This document shows, piece by piece, positions 1 to 11,619 of a stretch of DNA of 64,000 nt. A program made the translations under genes and the position numbers. Position 1 is the first letter of the stretch, and every line of letters starts with the position of its first letter. The stretch covers positions 7,392,001 through 7,456,000 of the forward strand of contig CM000151.3 in the NCBI GenBank assembly GCA_000004695.1, given 5' to 3'. Source of the DNA: Dictyostelium discoideum (taxonomy: Eukaryota). The notes under the pieces were generated by a model, which saw only the letters and a program-made list of their open reading frames with translations, had not been told where the DNA came from and made no database searches.

Positions 1-400
1 TCTGATGCTTTTTCTTTAGTTTCTTCTTCTTCTGATCTTGATATAACTTTAATTTTCTAAAAAAAATAAAAAAAAAAAAATGTTAATAATAATTTTTAAT
101 TAAAAAGTAAATAAATAAATAATAATTACCATTTATATATTTAATATTTTAATAATTCTTTTATTTATATTTTATTTATTTATATTTATTTTAATATGTT
201 TTAAAAAAAAGTTGTGATTATTTTTATTTATTTTTATATGTACAAGTAATATCACACTTTTTGGCTGTCGTTCGTTTTTTTTTTTTTTCCAAAAAAAAAA
301 AAAAAAAAATAAAAAATAAAATAATTCGAAAAAAAAAAAAAAAAAAAAAAAATTAAAAATTAAAAATTAAAAATTAAAAAATTTTTATATTTTAAATTTA

Positions 401-1264
401 TTATTGTTCTAATTTATCAGATATTTCATTTAATTTATTTGCAGTTTCTTTTTTTGTATCATTATATTTTTCATTTAGATCATTTGATAATTCATCAGAT
501 TTCTTTTTTAAATCATTAGAGACTTCAGTACCTTTAACTTTTAATTGTTCAACCTTATCATTTGCGTCATCTACTATATCTTCACCTTTTTTCTTTAAAT
601 CAGTTGTCAATTCACTTGCTTTATCTTTTGCTTCTTCATATTTTTTAGATCCATCTTCTTTTAAGTCTTCACCTTTTTTATTTAAATCATTTGTAATTTC
701 ATTTGCTTTATCTTTTGCTTCTTCAACTTTGTTTGAAGCATCTTCTTTTAAGTCTTCACTTTTTTGCTTTAAATCATTTGTAATTTCATTTGCTGTCTCT
801 TTTACATCTTCAACTTTTTTAGAGCCATCTTCTTTCACTTGTTCACTATTGTCTATTGCTCCACTAATTATTTCATTTGTTTTGGTTTTCAATGTTTCAT
901 ATCCTTCATTCATTACATTGGTGGTTGTATTGTACATATTCACTGCTGCATCTTTTGTAACCTCTACTGCTGTTGAAATTGAATCTGAAACATATTTAAC
1001 ACCTTCATTAATTGCATTGGTTGTTTCATTATAAACATTTGCACCTTTTTCTTGGGCTAATTCAACTGCTGTTTTACCTGTTGAAATTGCATCATTTTTT
1101 AAAGTTTCAACTTTTGATTAATTAAAAAAAAAAAAAAAAAAAATAAATAATAATAATAATAATAATTAATGTTAATATTATTATTTTATTGATAAATAAT
1201 TAAATATAAATAAAAAAAAAAAAAAATTACCTTGTTTATTTAAACTATTATCATTATCAGCCAT
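401..1264 (-). CDS. LEA-like / amphipathic 11-mer repeat protein; two exons complement(join(401..1110,1231..1264)) with a short AT-rich intron
   Basis: Exon 1 reads MADNDNSLNKQ, followed by a GTAAT donor. An AG acceptor at 1111-1112 puts exon 2 in frame with the 180-aa ORF (401..943). The protein has repeated KEDxSKKVEExKxxANEITNDLxKKxEDL units typical of LEA group-3-like repeat proteins. Confidence 0.55.
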
Positions 1265-1375
1265 TTTTTTTGTTTGTTTTATTTATTTATAATTTATGTT
1301 AATATTTTATTTTTATTTTGTTTTTTAATATAATTGAATGAATAAAAAAAAAAAAATTAAATCCTTTTATAGGTT

Positions 1376-1430
<55 letters not shown>

Positions 1431-2280
1431 TATTAATTTATTTGAAAATTATATTATAATTTTTTAAAAAAAAAAAAAAAAAGATAAAAATCTTTTTCCT
1501 TCCTTCTTTCGTATTCCATGATAATTATTTGAAAATTTTTTATGATAAATATTAAATTTTCGATTAAAAAAAAAAAAAAAATAGATAATGAAGAAATTAT
1601 TTTTTTAAAAAAAAAAAAATATTATCGCATCATTTTCAAATAAATATAATTTCTCTATACACACAATATATAACTAAATAAAAAAATAAAAAAATAAAAA
1701 AATAAAAATAATAATTTAAATTAAAAAATAAAAAAAAATTCAAACGCACTGTGTGTTGTTGTAATTATTATTATTAAAAAAAAAAAATATTAATTTTGTT
1801 TAAATAAAGATTATAATCTTTATTTTAATAAAAACTATAATTTTTATGTAATATGAAATTAATAACAATAAGAGGAAAAAAGTAATAATTAATTATTGTC
1901 AAAATAATTATTTTTAAAAAATAAAAATTAAAAAAATAATTTCAATCTTTTATAACCCAACAACAACCAAACCATTATAAATCTCTATTGCAATATTTAT
2001 AAAAAAAAAAAGTGTTTGGAAGTTTGGAGAATCTGAATGTTTAATCATAAAATTCCTAGTTTTTAATCGATCCAATTTTTTTTTATGTATATAAATAAAA
2101 TATAAATATGATTTTAACTTTTTTAATTTTTATTTTTTATTATTTTTTTTTTTTCTTTATAATTTTAAAAATAAACCATCAATAATTTATTTATTCAATA
2201 TTTAATATATATTAAAAAAAAAAAAAAAATTATTAAGTATTTTTATTTATATTATTTAATTTGAAATTAGATTTTTCCAA

Positions 2281-2461
2281 TCAATAGATAGTATCTTCTG
2301 AAAATGGATATTTGTCGGGCCGCCCTACAAAACCTGATATTTGTAAAATAAATTAACGTTGGAAGTCTAACTGTTAATCTTCTAAAAAAAATATAAATAA
2401 GAATCCTCAAGATGTCTATGAAATGATATTTAGTAATCCAATAGAAATAATATTATTTGTC

Positions 2462-2527
<66 letters not shown>

Positions 2528-2745
2528 TTTTTAATTTAAAATAAATAATATGTAATAAATATTAATTATGAACAAATATGAACAGTATTCTTTTATTTAT
2601 ATTAAATAAGTTGCATTTAGTTTTTTTATTTTTTGGTAATTTTAGTTAAAATTGATACCTTGTGATAATGGCATAGTATTACCATAGTTGATTGTATTTG
2701 TACTACGACGGCAAACTGTTTCCGGCTGTCTGAGCCAATTATTTA
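2281..2745. repeat. Copy 1 of a ~450-bp dispersed repeat ('repeat A'). Its 3' part (about 2640-2745) duplicates the last ~100 bp of ALDH7 coding sequence and its stop codon.
   Basis: The sequence is near-identical to 5040-5345 and, more divergently, to 8101-8330. Examples are 'ttttccaatcaatagat...tttagtaatccaatagaaataatat' and 'ttggtaattttagttaaaattgataccttgtgataatggcatagtattaccatagttgattgtat'. Confidence 0.8.
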
Positions 2746-2899
2746 CAAAAGAAGGTTTAGTATTAAATGAAAAATCTCATAATAGAAACAGGTACTAAAA
2801 TATACTTTTTCAATAATATAAAAATCATTGTATTTATTAGATATTTAAAAGTTAATTATGTAAAATATTAAAAAAGTAAACAGTGATCTATTTTTTCTT

Positions 2900-3990
2900 T
2901 ATCATTTTCTAATAATTTCAATTGTTTGATTAAAACCATCTACTGAATCTGAAAGAGTTGAATTTGAATCAACGTAAATATTATTTTAATCATAATTATG
3001 ATATCCAAATGAGAACCTTTACGATAAAATCTTGTATAGGTTTTTTTTATTTCTAAAAAACTAGAAAACATAAAGATGGTGTTTTAATCTTTTTCAATTG
3101 TTTTCTTTAATCTTGATGCTTGTTGTTTTACATATGAAGGACCAACTTTTATTTTTGGGTGACCGTGCCAATAGGTACCATGGAATTCCATTACTATACT
3201 ATCATTTCCATTTTGTAAAAATCTTTAATACAATGAAATTCCAAACCATCTTCTGAATCTGAAAGAGTTGTATTTGAATCAACGCAGTAAATATTATTTG
3301 AACTATAATTAATTTTCAAATTAGAACCTTTACGATAAAATCTTGTATGGGTTTTGTTATTTTTAAAATACCAGCAAATTAAAAGATGGTGGTGTTTTAC
3401 AATTCCTAAATCTTTTTCAATTGTTTTCTTGAAGATTGTTCATTTTCATTTAAAGGGTCAACTTTTGATTTTGGGTGGCCAATAGGTACCATGTTATTCT
3501 ATTCTATACTATTATTTCCATTCTTGACCTGACACATCTGGATGAATGAAAACACAATCTTTAAATGGAATACGCAGGGTGTTTAATGTTTTGCATATAT
3601 AAGCGACTGCAGCTTTGCTTGTACCTGAAATATTACAATATGGACAAACACAATCAGATGAAGGATTATTTAAAATATTTTGGTTAAGAAAATCAATTCT
3701 TGTAATAAATCTTCTTTTTGTAAGATCTTTAATACAATGAAATTCCAATTTAATAAGAGAACCTGGTGTATACATATCACCTTCTGGTTTTTCGATTAAA
3801 TATTGTGATAATTGAATGCAATTGTTGTTAATAGATTTTGACGGTGGTACCACTAATCTTTGTTTGTACTTTGGACATGGACAACCATTTTCAAAAAACA
3901 ATGGCTCAACTAAAAGATACATTTGTAAAAATTACTATTATTGTCTCCATGGTAATTATATAAACTTTTACCTAATTTATTGTTGAACAT
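2900..3990 (-). pseudogene. Degenerate, truncated copy of a zinc-ribbon + Vsr-like endonuclease gene (copy 1), with internal tandem partial duplications at 2900-3220 and 3230-3530.
   Basis: The spliced reading complement(join(3512..3909,3972..3990)) gives MFNNKL|VEPLFFENGCPCPKYKQRLVVPPSKS...CVCPYCNISGTSKAAVAYICKTLNTLRIPFKDCVFIHPDVSGQEWK*. Relative to copy 3 it lacks the VDGF...IEFHGAYWHGHP nuclease core through a ~57-bp deletion. Two rearranged downstream copies of the C-terminal segment are present. A 62-nt GT..AG intron follows a 19-nt first exon. Confidence 0.5.
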
Positions 3991-4137
3991 TTGAAGTAAT
4001 AGGTTTATCAATTTTTTGAGTATTATTATTTAATGATGTGGTTTGATTTGTGGCATCATTTCTTCCATCTATTAAAACTTGATTGTTTTCAATTGTTTTA
4101 GATTATAATATGTCTGTATTTTAAATTTAATTCTAAC

Positions 4138-4180
<43 letters not shown>

Positions 4181-5039
4181 TATTATTATTTTTGTTTTTA
4201 TCAAATTTGAATAATAAAAAACTATAAAAAAAAGGCGTTTTGGGTCGATATGGGGCGACACTGTTTTTTTTTTTGACTCAAAACACCTTTTTTTAAAAAT
4301 AATCAACACCTTAATTTTTCTCTTTTAGCAAATATATATTTAAAATTATAAAAAAAAAAAAAAAAGGCCATTTTTATATTTAAAAATAATATAAAGACTG
4401 ACACTTAGATTGGAGTTTGTCAAAAAAAATTTTTTTAAAAAATCTATTTTTTAAAAAAAAAAACTGGAAATAGGCATTAAAAAAATTAAATTAAATTATT
4501 TTTAATTTACTTCCACACCAGGAGTGTGAGTCTATAAAAATTATAAAAGCTAATTCCTTGAAATAAATGAAAAAAGGAATTGTCTTTGAAATTCCTTTGA
4601 CCATAAATTTTTATAAAAATAGTACAAATGATTGAATGTATATATTTGTTATATTTTAAAGAGTGGTGATAATTGAGAATGGATTTAAACTACTAGCCAG
4701 TGGTTGGTCATGATTCCAACTACGTTCTAAAATTAATGAACATTAATGAAAACTCTTCTTTACAATCTTTTGAATCTTAAACTTAATAATTATTATTATT
4801 ATTATTATCATTATTATTAAAATTATAATTATTAATAATAAAAAAAATAGTATTATTGTTAATACATATTTTCATATTTCTTTAAATTTTATATCACAAT
4901 AATGAAGGGAACAAAATATAATGGTTCGAGCAAAAAATGAAAAAAAAAAAAAAATAAAAAAAAATAATTAAAAAAAAAAAAAAAATAAAAAATAAAAAAA
5001 TTTGGGCAAATTTGAAAATATATTTTCCTAAACGGAACA

Positions 5040-5345
5040 AACCTGGATTTATTGACACAGATGATCTAATCATGTATTGAGACCAATAGAAATAATATAA
5101 TTTGTCAAAAATAACAATAATAATAATAAATAAATATTTTTAATTTAAAATAAATAACATGTAATAAATATTAATTATGAACAAATATCAACAATATTCT
5201 TTTATTTATGTTATGTAAGTTACATTTGGTTTTTTTTTTTTGGTAATTTTAGTTAAAATTGATACCTTGTGATAATGGCATAGTATTACCATAGTTGATT
5301 GTATTAGTACTACGACGGCAATACTGTTTCCAGCTGTCTGAGCCA
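5040..5345. repeat. Copy 2 of repeat A, overlapping the 3' end and 3' flank of the ALDH7 gene. This is probably the ancestral context.
   Basis: It aligns to 2440-2745 and 8220-8330. It contains the ALDH7 stop codon and C-terminal codons. Confidence 0.8.
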
Positions 5346-7415
5346 GATTCTCTACCACCTCCGGTCTCTTTTTCACCTCCAAAGGCACCACCAATTTCAG
5401 CACCGTTTGTAGCTACATTTACGTTAACTATACCACAGTCAGATCCGGTAGGTCCAAGCCATTTGAAGATATTCTTTTGATTGTTTGTGAAGAGGGAAGA
5501 TGAGAGACCTTGTGGGACTTCATTATTCCAGGCAAAAGCATCGTCAAGATTTTTGAATTTCATTATGTAGAGAATTGGAACAAAGAGTTCAGTCTTTACG
5601 ATTGGAGCATCATGTTCAATGGCAACGACGGTTGGTTCAACAAAGTTTCCACCACTGATATCGAGTTTATTACCACCAATGACGACCTTACCACCTTGCT
5701 TTTTTATTTCTTCAAGACCTTCAGTGAATTCTTTAACAGCGCTTTGGGTGTGGAGTGGACCTACTAAAACACCTTCTTCAAGTGGATTACCGATTTTAAT
5801 GGTTTTGTAGGCTTTGGTTAAACGTTCCAAAATGGTGTCATACAATGATTCGTGAACGAATAAACGTCTACAAGTGGTACAACGTTGTCCAGTGGTACCA
5901 ACAGAAGCAAAGAGAACGGCACGGAGAACGAGTTCAATATCAGCATCTTCAGCAACAACGATGGCATTGTTACCACCTAATTCGAGGATGGTCTTACCAA
6001 AGTAACCGTGGACGGTACTAGAGATACGACGACCGACTTCAGTTGAACCAGTGAATGAAATTAAACCGAAACGTTTATCTTGAATCATTTGTTCACCAAC
6101 GGTACGACCTGGACCAATGAGGACACAACAGACGGCTGGGTCGACATCATTTTCAACTAAAACCTTTTCAATGATTTTGCTAACGGCTAATGTAATGAGT
6201 GAAGTGGTGGAGGCACCTTTCCATAATTGGACGTTACCGCAAATCATTGAGATTGCAGCATTCCAACCAAGTACGGCACATGGGAAATTGAAAGCAGTAA
6301 TGATACCAACTAAACCTAATGGATTCCAGGTTTCCATTAAAATGTGATTTGGACGTTCAGATGGCATCACTTGACCATTGATTGATCTACTTAAACCAGT
6401 TGCATAATCGCATACGTCAATGAATTCTTGTACTTCACCTTTAGCTTCAATGTAAATTTTACCCATTTCTAATGAAATTAATTTTGATAATGGTTCAATT
6501 TTTTCTCTCATGGCTTGACCAATTAATCTAACAATTTCACCTCTTCTTGGAGCTGGTGTTAATGCCCATTTTACTTTTGCTGCTAACATTGCTTGAATAC
6601 ATGTTTCATATTCTTCTGGTGCAGCCTATAAAAAAAAAAAATTATTAAATAAAAAAAAAATTAAATATGTTAATTATTTATTTATTTTATTAATTTTATT
6701 AATTAATAATATGATAATTTTATTAATTAATAATATGTTTAATTTTATTAATTAATAATATGATTAATTTTATTAATTAATAATATGTTTAATTTTAATT
6801 AATCATGTGATTATTTTTATTTATTGACCATGTGATTAATTTTATTTTTGATCATGTGATCATTTTTATTTATTGGTCATGTGATTAATTTTATTTATTG
6901 ATCATGTGACTAGTTTTATTTATTGATCATGTGATTAATTTTGTTTATTAATCATGTGACTAATTTTATTTATTGATCATGTGATTATTTTTATTTATTG
7001 GTCATGTGATTATTTTTATTTTTTGATCATGTGATTATTTTTATTTATTGATCATGTGATAATTTTATTTATTAATCATGTGATTAATTTTATTTATTAA
7101 TCGTATGATTAATTTATTTTTTTTAAATTATTTATATATATTAAATATTTTATTTAATGTTTATTTGATTTTTTTTTTTTTTTATCCATTTTTTTTTTTT
7201 TTTTTATCCATTTTTTTTTTTTTTTTTATCCATTTTTTTTTTTAATTTTTTTTAATACATACACCTCTAACAGTTGCAATAACTTTATTATTTGTTGGAT
7301 TTAAACATTTGATGATTTCACCAGCACCTCCCCATTTTCCATTGAAGACTCCATCATTATTTTCAGCTTTAATGCCTAATTCAGCCAAGAATGGATATTC
7401 GTTAAAGGTAGTCAT
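5249..7415 (-). CDS. Aldehyde dehydrogenase family 7 (antiquitin / alpha-aminoadipic semialdehyde dehydrogenase, ALDH7A1 orthologue); complement(join(5249..6625,7263..7415))
   Basis: The protein aligns along its whole length to antiquitin. Matching segments include [109 protein letters not shown] and [15 protein letters not shown]. Exon 1 reads [51 protein letters not shown], followed by a GTATGT donor. The acceptor ttttatAG precedes [13 protein letters not shown]. The intron is about 637 nt. Confidence 0.85.
6640..7140. repeat. Intronic minisatellite in the ALDH7 intron. About 4 copies of 'attaattaataatatgat(a/t)aattttatt' are followed by about 13 tandem copies of a ~25-bp unit 'tgatcatgtgattaattttatttat'.
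   Basis: The periodicity is directly visible. Each unit carries a CATGTG (E-box-like) core flanked by the TGATCA palindrome. Further repeats of tatccatttttttttttt (x3) follow at 7180-7250. Confidence 0.9.
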
Positions 7416-7885
7416 TTTTTAATTTATCTGTTTTATTAGAAAATGTTTTTTGTGAAGTGAAAAAAAAAAATTTTGAAATTTAAATTTTTTTAATTTTATG
7501 TGACGACCAGAAAAAAAAAAAAATAAAAATAAAAATAAAAAAAAATAAAAAAAAATAAAAATAAATAAAAATAAATAAAAAATTAAAAATTAATTAAATT
7601 TTAAAAAAAAGTCTGTGATTTTTTCGTTTTTGTTTTTTTTTTTTTTTTTTTATACAAACCACCTTCATAAAGTTTAAAAATATTTTATGTCGACATATTT
7701 TAACCTTCCTTTTTTGTAAAAACTATTTCCCACCAAAGAATTTTGTAAAATAGAAGTTCCCATTTATAAATTATTTTTTTTAATTTTTTAATTTTATTTT
7801 TTAAAAAGAAATCAAGTTTTTTTTTTTATTTTTTTTATTTTAAATTTCCAATTAAAATAAATTTGATTTTATTTGGTAATGATCT

Positions 7886-7922
<37 letters not shown>

Positions 7923-8100
7923 AAAATAAAAAAAATGTGTTACGGACCTAAAACTTTGAACTAAAAAAAAAAAAAAAAATGTTTTCTGTTTGTAAAAAAA
8001 AAAAATTTTTTCAGTTTGTAAAAAAAAAATTTATTGATGGTTTATTTTTAGAAATATATATATATATATGTGGTTATTTATTTTTAATAATAATTTGATT

Positions 8101-8330
8101 TTTCCAATAAATAGATTGTATTTTCTGGAAACGGATATTTGTTTGCCCTTTCAAAACTGTTATATTTGTAAAATCAATTATTTGATCACTGGAAGTTTAT
8201 GAAATGACATTTAGTAATCCAATATAAATAATATTATTTGTCATAAATAATAGTAATAATAATTAAAATTAAAGAAATAAATATTAAATTTTGAAATAAA
8301 TAATATGTAACAAATATTAAGTTAATGTTT
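8101..8330. repeat. Copy 3 (partial, diverged) of repeat A, immediately upstream in plus coordinates of Vsr-like gene copy 3.
   Basis: 'ttttccaataaatagattgtattttctggaaacggatatttg...tttagtaatccaatataaataatattatttgtcataaataatag' matches 2281-2520. Confidence 0.7.
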
Positions 8331-8697
8331 GAAAACAAACATTTCAAAAAAAAAAGGTTAAAATAATTTAATTTTAAATTTATTTATAGATTTTTTTTTT
8401 TGAAGATTTTTAAAAGATACGATACAAGATTTAAAGAGGCTAATAGATTTTAGTATATTTGGTTTTACAACGTTTAATTCAAAGACGAATTACTCATTAC
8501 TCAATTTCGCAACAACAATTAAACATTATACACAAAATATTTATCGATCCTCATTAGAGATATTTAAACAAATAAACTTCTTGTATTTGTAGTCCCCATG
8601 GCAATATCGTTTTCATTTGAGAACAAAACAATCAAAAATAATTACATAAATAAAATAAAATATATTATACATAGTTTTAATTATATTTGTTTATTGT

Positions 8698-10366
8698 TTA
8701 AAATCTTGTATAGGTTTTGATATTTTTAAAATACCAGCAAACTAAAAGATGGTGTTTTACAATTTCTAAATCTTTTTCAATTGTTTTCTTTAATCTTGAT
8801 GCTTGTATATTTTCATTTAAAGGGTCAACTTTTAATTTTGGGTGACCATGCCAATAGGCACCATGGAATTCTATTACTATACTATTATTTCCATTTTTTA
8901 TAAATCCATCTACTCTATAGGATTTGGAGCCATCAGCACATTTTAAAATATATTCTTGGCCTGACACATCTGGATGAATGAAAACACAATCTTTAAATGG
9001 AATACGCAAGGTGTTTAATGTTTTGCATATATAAGCGACTGCAGCTTTGCTTGCACCTGAAATATTACAATATGGACAAACACAATCAGATGAAGGATTA
9101 TTTAAAATATTTTTGTTAAGAAAATCAATTCTTGTAATAAATCTTCTTTTTGTAAGATCTTTAATACAATGAAATTCCAATTTAATAAGAGAACCTGTAT
9201 ATTATTGATTTGAATCTTCTATTAGAATCTTTAATATTACGAAATTCCAATTTAATAAGAGAACCTGGTGTATACATATCACCTTCTGATTTTTCGATTA
9301 AATATTGTGATAATTGAATGCAATTGTTGTTTATAGATTTTGACGGTGGTAACACTAATTTTTGTTTACACTTTGGACATGGACAACCATTTTCAAAAAA
9401 CAATGGCTCAACTAAAAGATACATTTGTAAAAATAATCCAGTTGGAAAATAAGTTTTACAAACAATTCTTACTTTGATTCTTGATTTAATTGATAATTTT
9501 ATATAAAATTCTAAATCAAAGAGATACGCTGGTTCACCAGCAAAACCTTCTTCAACTGATTGTTCAATATATTCTTGGTCATTCTCTTTTCCAAACTGTT
9601 TACTAGTATTTGATTTATAATCTAAGTATTCACACTGACCACCATCATCTTTATGTATATTATCATCTTCAAGAAAATCTTGATCTTTACTACATTGATT
9701 TGAATTTGTTAAATATGGATAACCATCATTGAATTTTATAAAATTTTCTTTAAATTCTGGAAACACATCAAATATAGATTTTGATTTAAAACAAATTAAA
9801 ATCCTTCTTATAAACAATGAGTGGTTTGGAAGATTGAATTTTAAACAAGATTCACCGATTTCACTTCTTTTAGTAGGAACTTGATCATACATAACACTTA
9901 AATGACCACCACAGATTTCGCAAAACTCTATACCATTTAAATAGATTAAATCAAACTTTTTAATGATCTTTTGTTAAATAAACTTGAAATTAAACCTGCT
10001 TCAACATATTTATCAATTAATGTAACCATTTCAATACGTGAAGGTAAAGGATGATCTTTTTTAATGAAATTTTGACAATAATAAATTCTACCATTTGGTT
10101 TTACTGATATTAATTTTTCATTTTGCCAAGGATTATTTGATAAATAATTATGTTCTAATATGGTAATTTGAGGCATTTGTGTGTCCCTTATCCTTTGCAC
10201 GTTCCTCTAGTGGATTAGATTGATTTTTATTTGGTGCAACGATATGAAAATGTGTTACTATAAAATTTATAGCATCTTTTAATTTAAATGTAAAAGTACA
10301 ACTATTATCTTTTTTAGACCAAGTTTGTGGAGAGAATAAATAATAAATGGAAAAACCAAACTCCAT
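8698..10366 (-). pseudogene. Longest copy of the zinc-ribbon + Vsr-like (very-short-patch-repair-type, PD-(D/E)xK) endonuclease gene family. It is interrupted by frameshifts or stops and a 72-bp internal tandem duplication.
   Basis: Three consecutive minus-strand ORFs in different frames cover the gene (10148..10366, 9946..10200, 9182..9892, then 8698..9180). The C-terminal segment is ...CPCPKCKQKLVLPPSKS...CVCPYCNISGASKAAVAYICK...YRVDGFIKNGNNSIVIEFHGAYWHGHPKLKVDPLNENIQASRLKKTIEKDLEIVKHHLLVCWYFKNIK. The motif VDG...FHGxYWHGH...R.D...LVxW resembles the Vsr endonuclease core FVDGCFWHGHHC...RD...WRVLxVWE. The SLIKLEF-coding segment is tandemly duplicated at 9182-9260. Confidence 0.55.
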
Positions 10367-10621
10367 GTTGGATTGGATTTTAAATTGTTAGAGTCCATGT
10401 TCACACAATTCACAAGTATGATTAATTTTGATTTTAACATATTAATTCCAGTAAGCTAATTTTTTACATATTAATTTCAGCCCAAAAACAGGTTGTCTCT
10501 ATGGTAATTATATAAATGTTTAGATAAACATAAATTGTTTTTGATGGCATCAATATGCTCCAATGATTAATAATAAAATTTCTAAATTTAAAACCATTTG
10601 ATTTTATTAAGGTAATGACCT

Positions 10622-10655
<34 letters not shown>

Positions 10656-10780
10656 AAAAAATAAAAATAAAAAAAAAAAAAAAATAAAAAAATGTTTTCC
10701 GAGCTAAAAACTTAGTTTTCCATTTGTTAAAAAAAAAAAAAAAATAATTTCCACACAAAACATTTTAAAAAACAAAAAAA

Positions 10781-11413
10781 ATGAAACAACAACAATATTT
10801 ATTATTATCTCCAATTTTAATAATAATATTATTTATTAATATTATTAAAGGTGGATATGTTTCAATTCAATATTTTAATAATGATCAATGTGATCAAGTT
10901 AATTTTATAAATTATTTTTTGGAAGGTTCTTGTGTTCAAGAACAAGTTATGAAATGTAATTCCGATAAATCAATGATTGAATATAATATTTATGAAAGTT
11001 GTTCAGGTAATCAAGAACCAATTGGTACAAAACAAATTCCAACCAATACATCATGTGAAACAAGTGCTGCAATTTATTCATGTATTGATGAATTACCAAA
11101 TCTTTCACCATCAGCTGATGAAAATAATTTTGTAACAACAGTAATTTTCAATGGTAGTGATTGTTATAATTATAATATTAATAATATTCAATATGTTGAA
11201 CAACAACCAACTGGTCAATGTGATTATGATGGTGCTTTTGGTTCAATTATAACTTGTACACCAACTAAATTCATTAAACAAAGATATGAAGGTTCAAATT
11301 TTTGTATAAATCCACCAACTAATAATTATACTTATACATTACCAATTAATGATTGTTCATTTAATGGTTATAATATTATACAATTTTGTAATTCACCATC
11401 ATCATCTTCTTAA
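10781..11413 (+). CDS. Secreted Cys-rich, Asn-rich protein; tentatively ponticulin-like family
   Basis: An N-terminal signal-like hydrophobic stretch (LLLSPILIIILFINII) is followed by a spaced-Cys pattern of the Y..Y..DxxC....GSC type seen in Dictyostelium ponticulin-like proteins. There is no C-terminal hydrophobic GPI signal in this ORF. The family assignment is from memory only. Confidence 0.4.
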   Translation: MKQQQYLLLSPILIIILFINIIKGGYVSIQYFNNDQCDQVNFINYFLEGSCVQEQVMKCNSDKSMIEYNIYESCSGNQEPIGTKQIPTNTSCETSAAIYSCIDELPNLSPSADENNFVTTVIFNGSDCYNYNINNIQYVEQQPTGQCDYDGAFGSIITCTPTKFIKQRYEGSNFCINPPTNNYTYTLPINDCSFNGYNIIQFCNSPSSSS

Positions 11414-11619
11414 AAAAAAAAATTAAATAAAAAAAAATTATAAAAAATTAAAAAGATATTTTTTTTTAAAAAAAAAAAAAAATTTATATTTATCCATTCG
11501 TTTTTTTATTTTTATTTTTTTTTTTTTTATTTTTTTTTTTTTCGTCTAAAAAACATTTTTTTTATTTTATTTTTTTTATTTTTTTTTATTTTTTTTTTTT
11601 TTAATTAATAATTAAAGAA

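Noticed and set aside
4480-4760. Non-AT island ('ttccacaccaggagtgtgagtc...ggaattgtctttgaaattcc...ccagtggttggtcatgattccaactacg') with a small hairpin. Considered as a possible small ncRNA (Class I RNA or snRNA).
   Set aside because: There is no recognisable Class I RNA 11-nt motif, box C/D or snRNA signature. It may be a promoter or UTR element between the duplicated nuclease-like copy and ALDH7. Evidence is insufficient to call it.
6640-7140. Regularly spaced 25-bp direct repeats that superficially resemble a CRISPR array
   Set aside because: There are no unique spacers (the units are contiguous). The array is inside a eukaryotic intron in an AT-rich nuclear genome, so it is a minisatellite.
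10148-10366. 'THFHIVAPNK' in the N-terminal ORF of Vsr-like copy 3, considered as a HIT (histidine triad) motif
   Set aside because: Only two of the three His of HxHxHxx are present. The ORF is frameshifted relative to the rest. The match is too weak to call.
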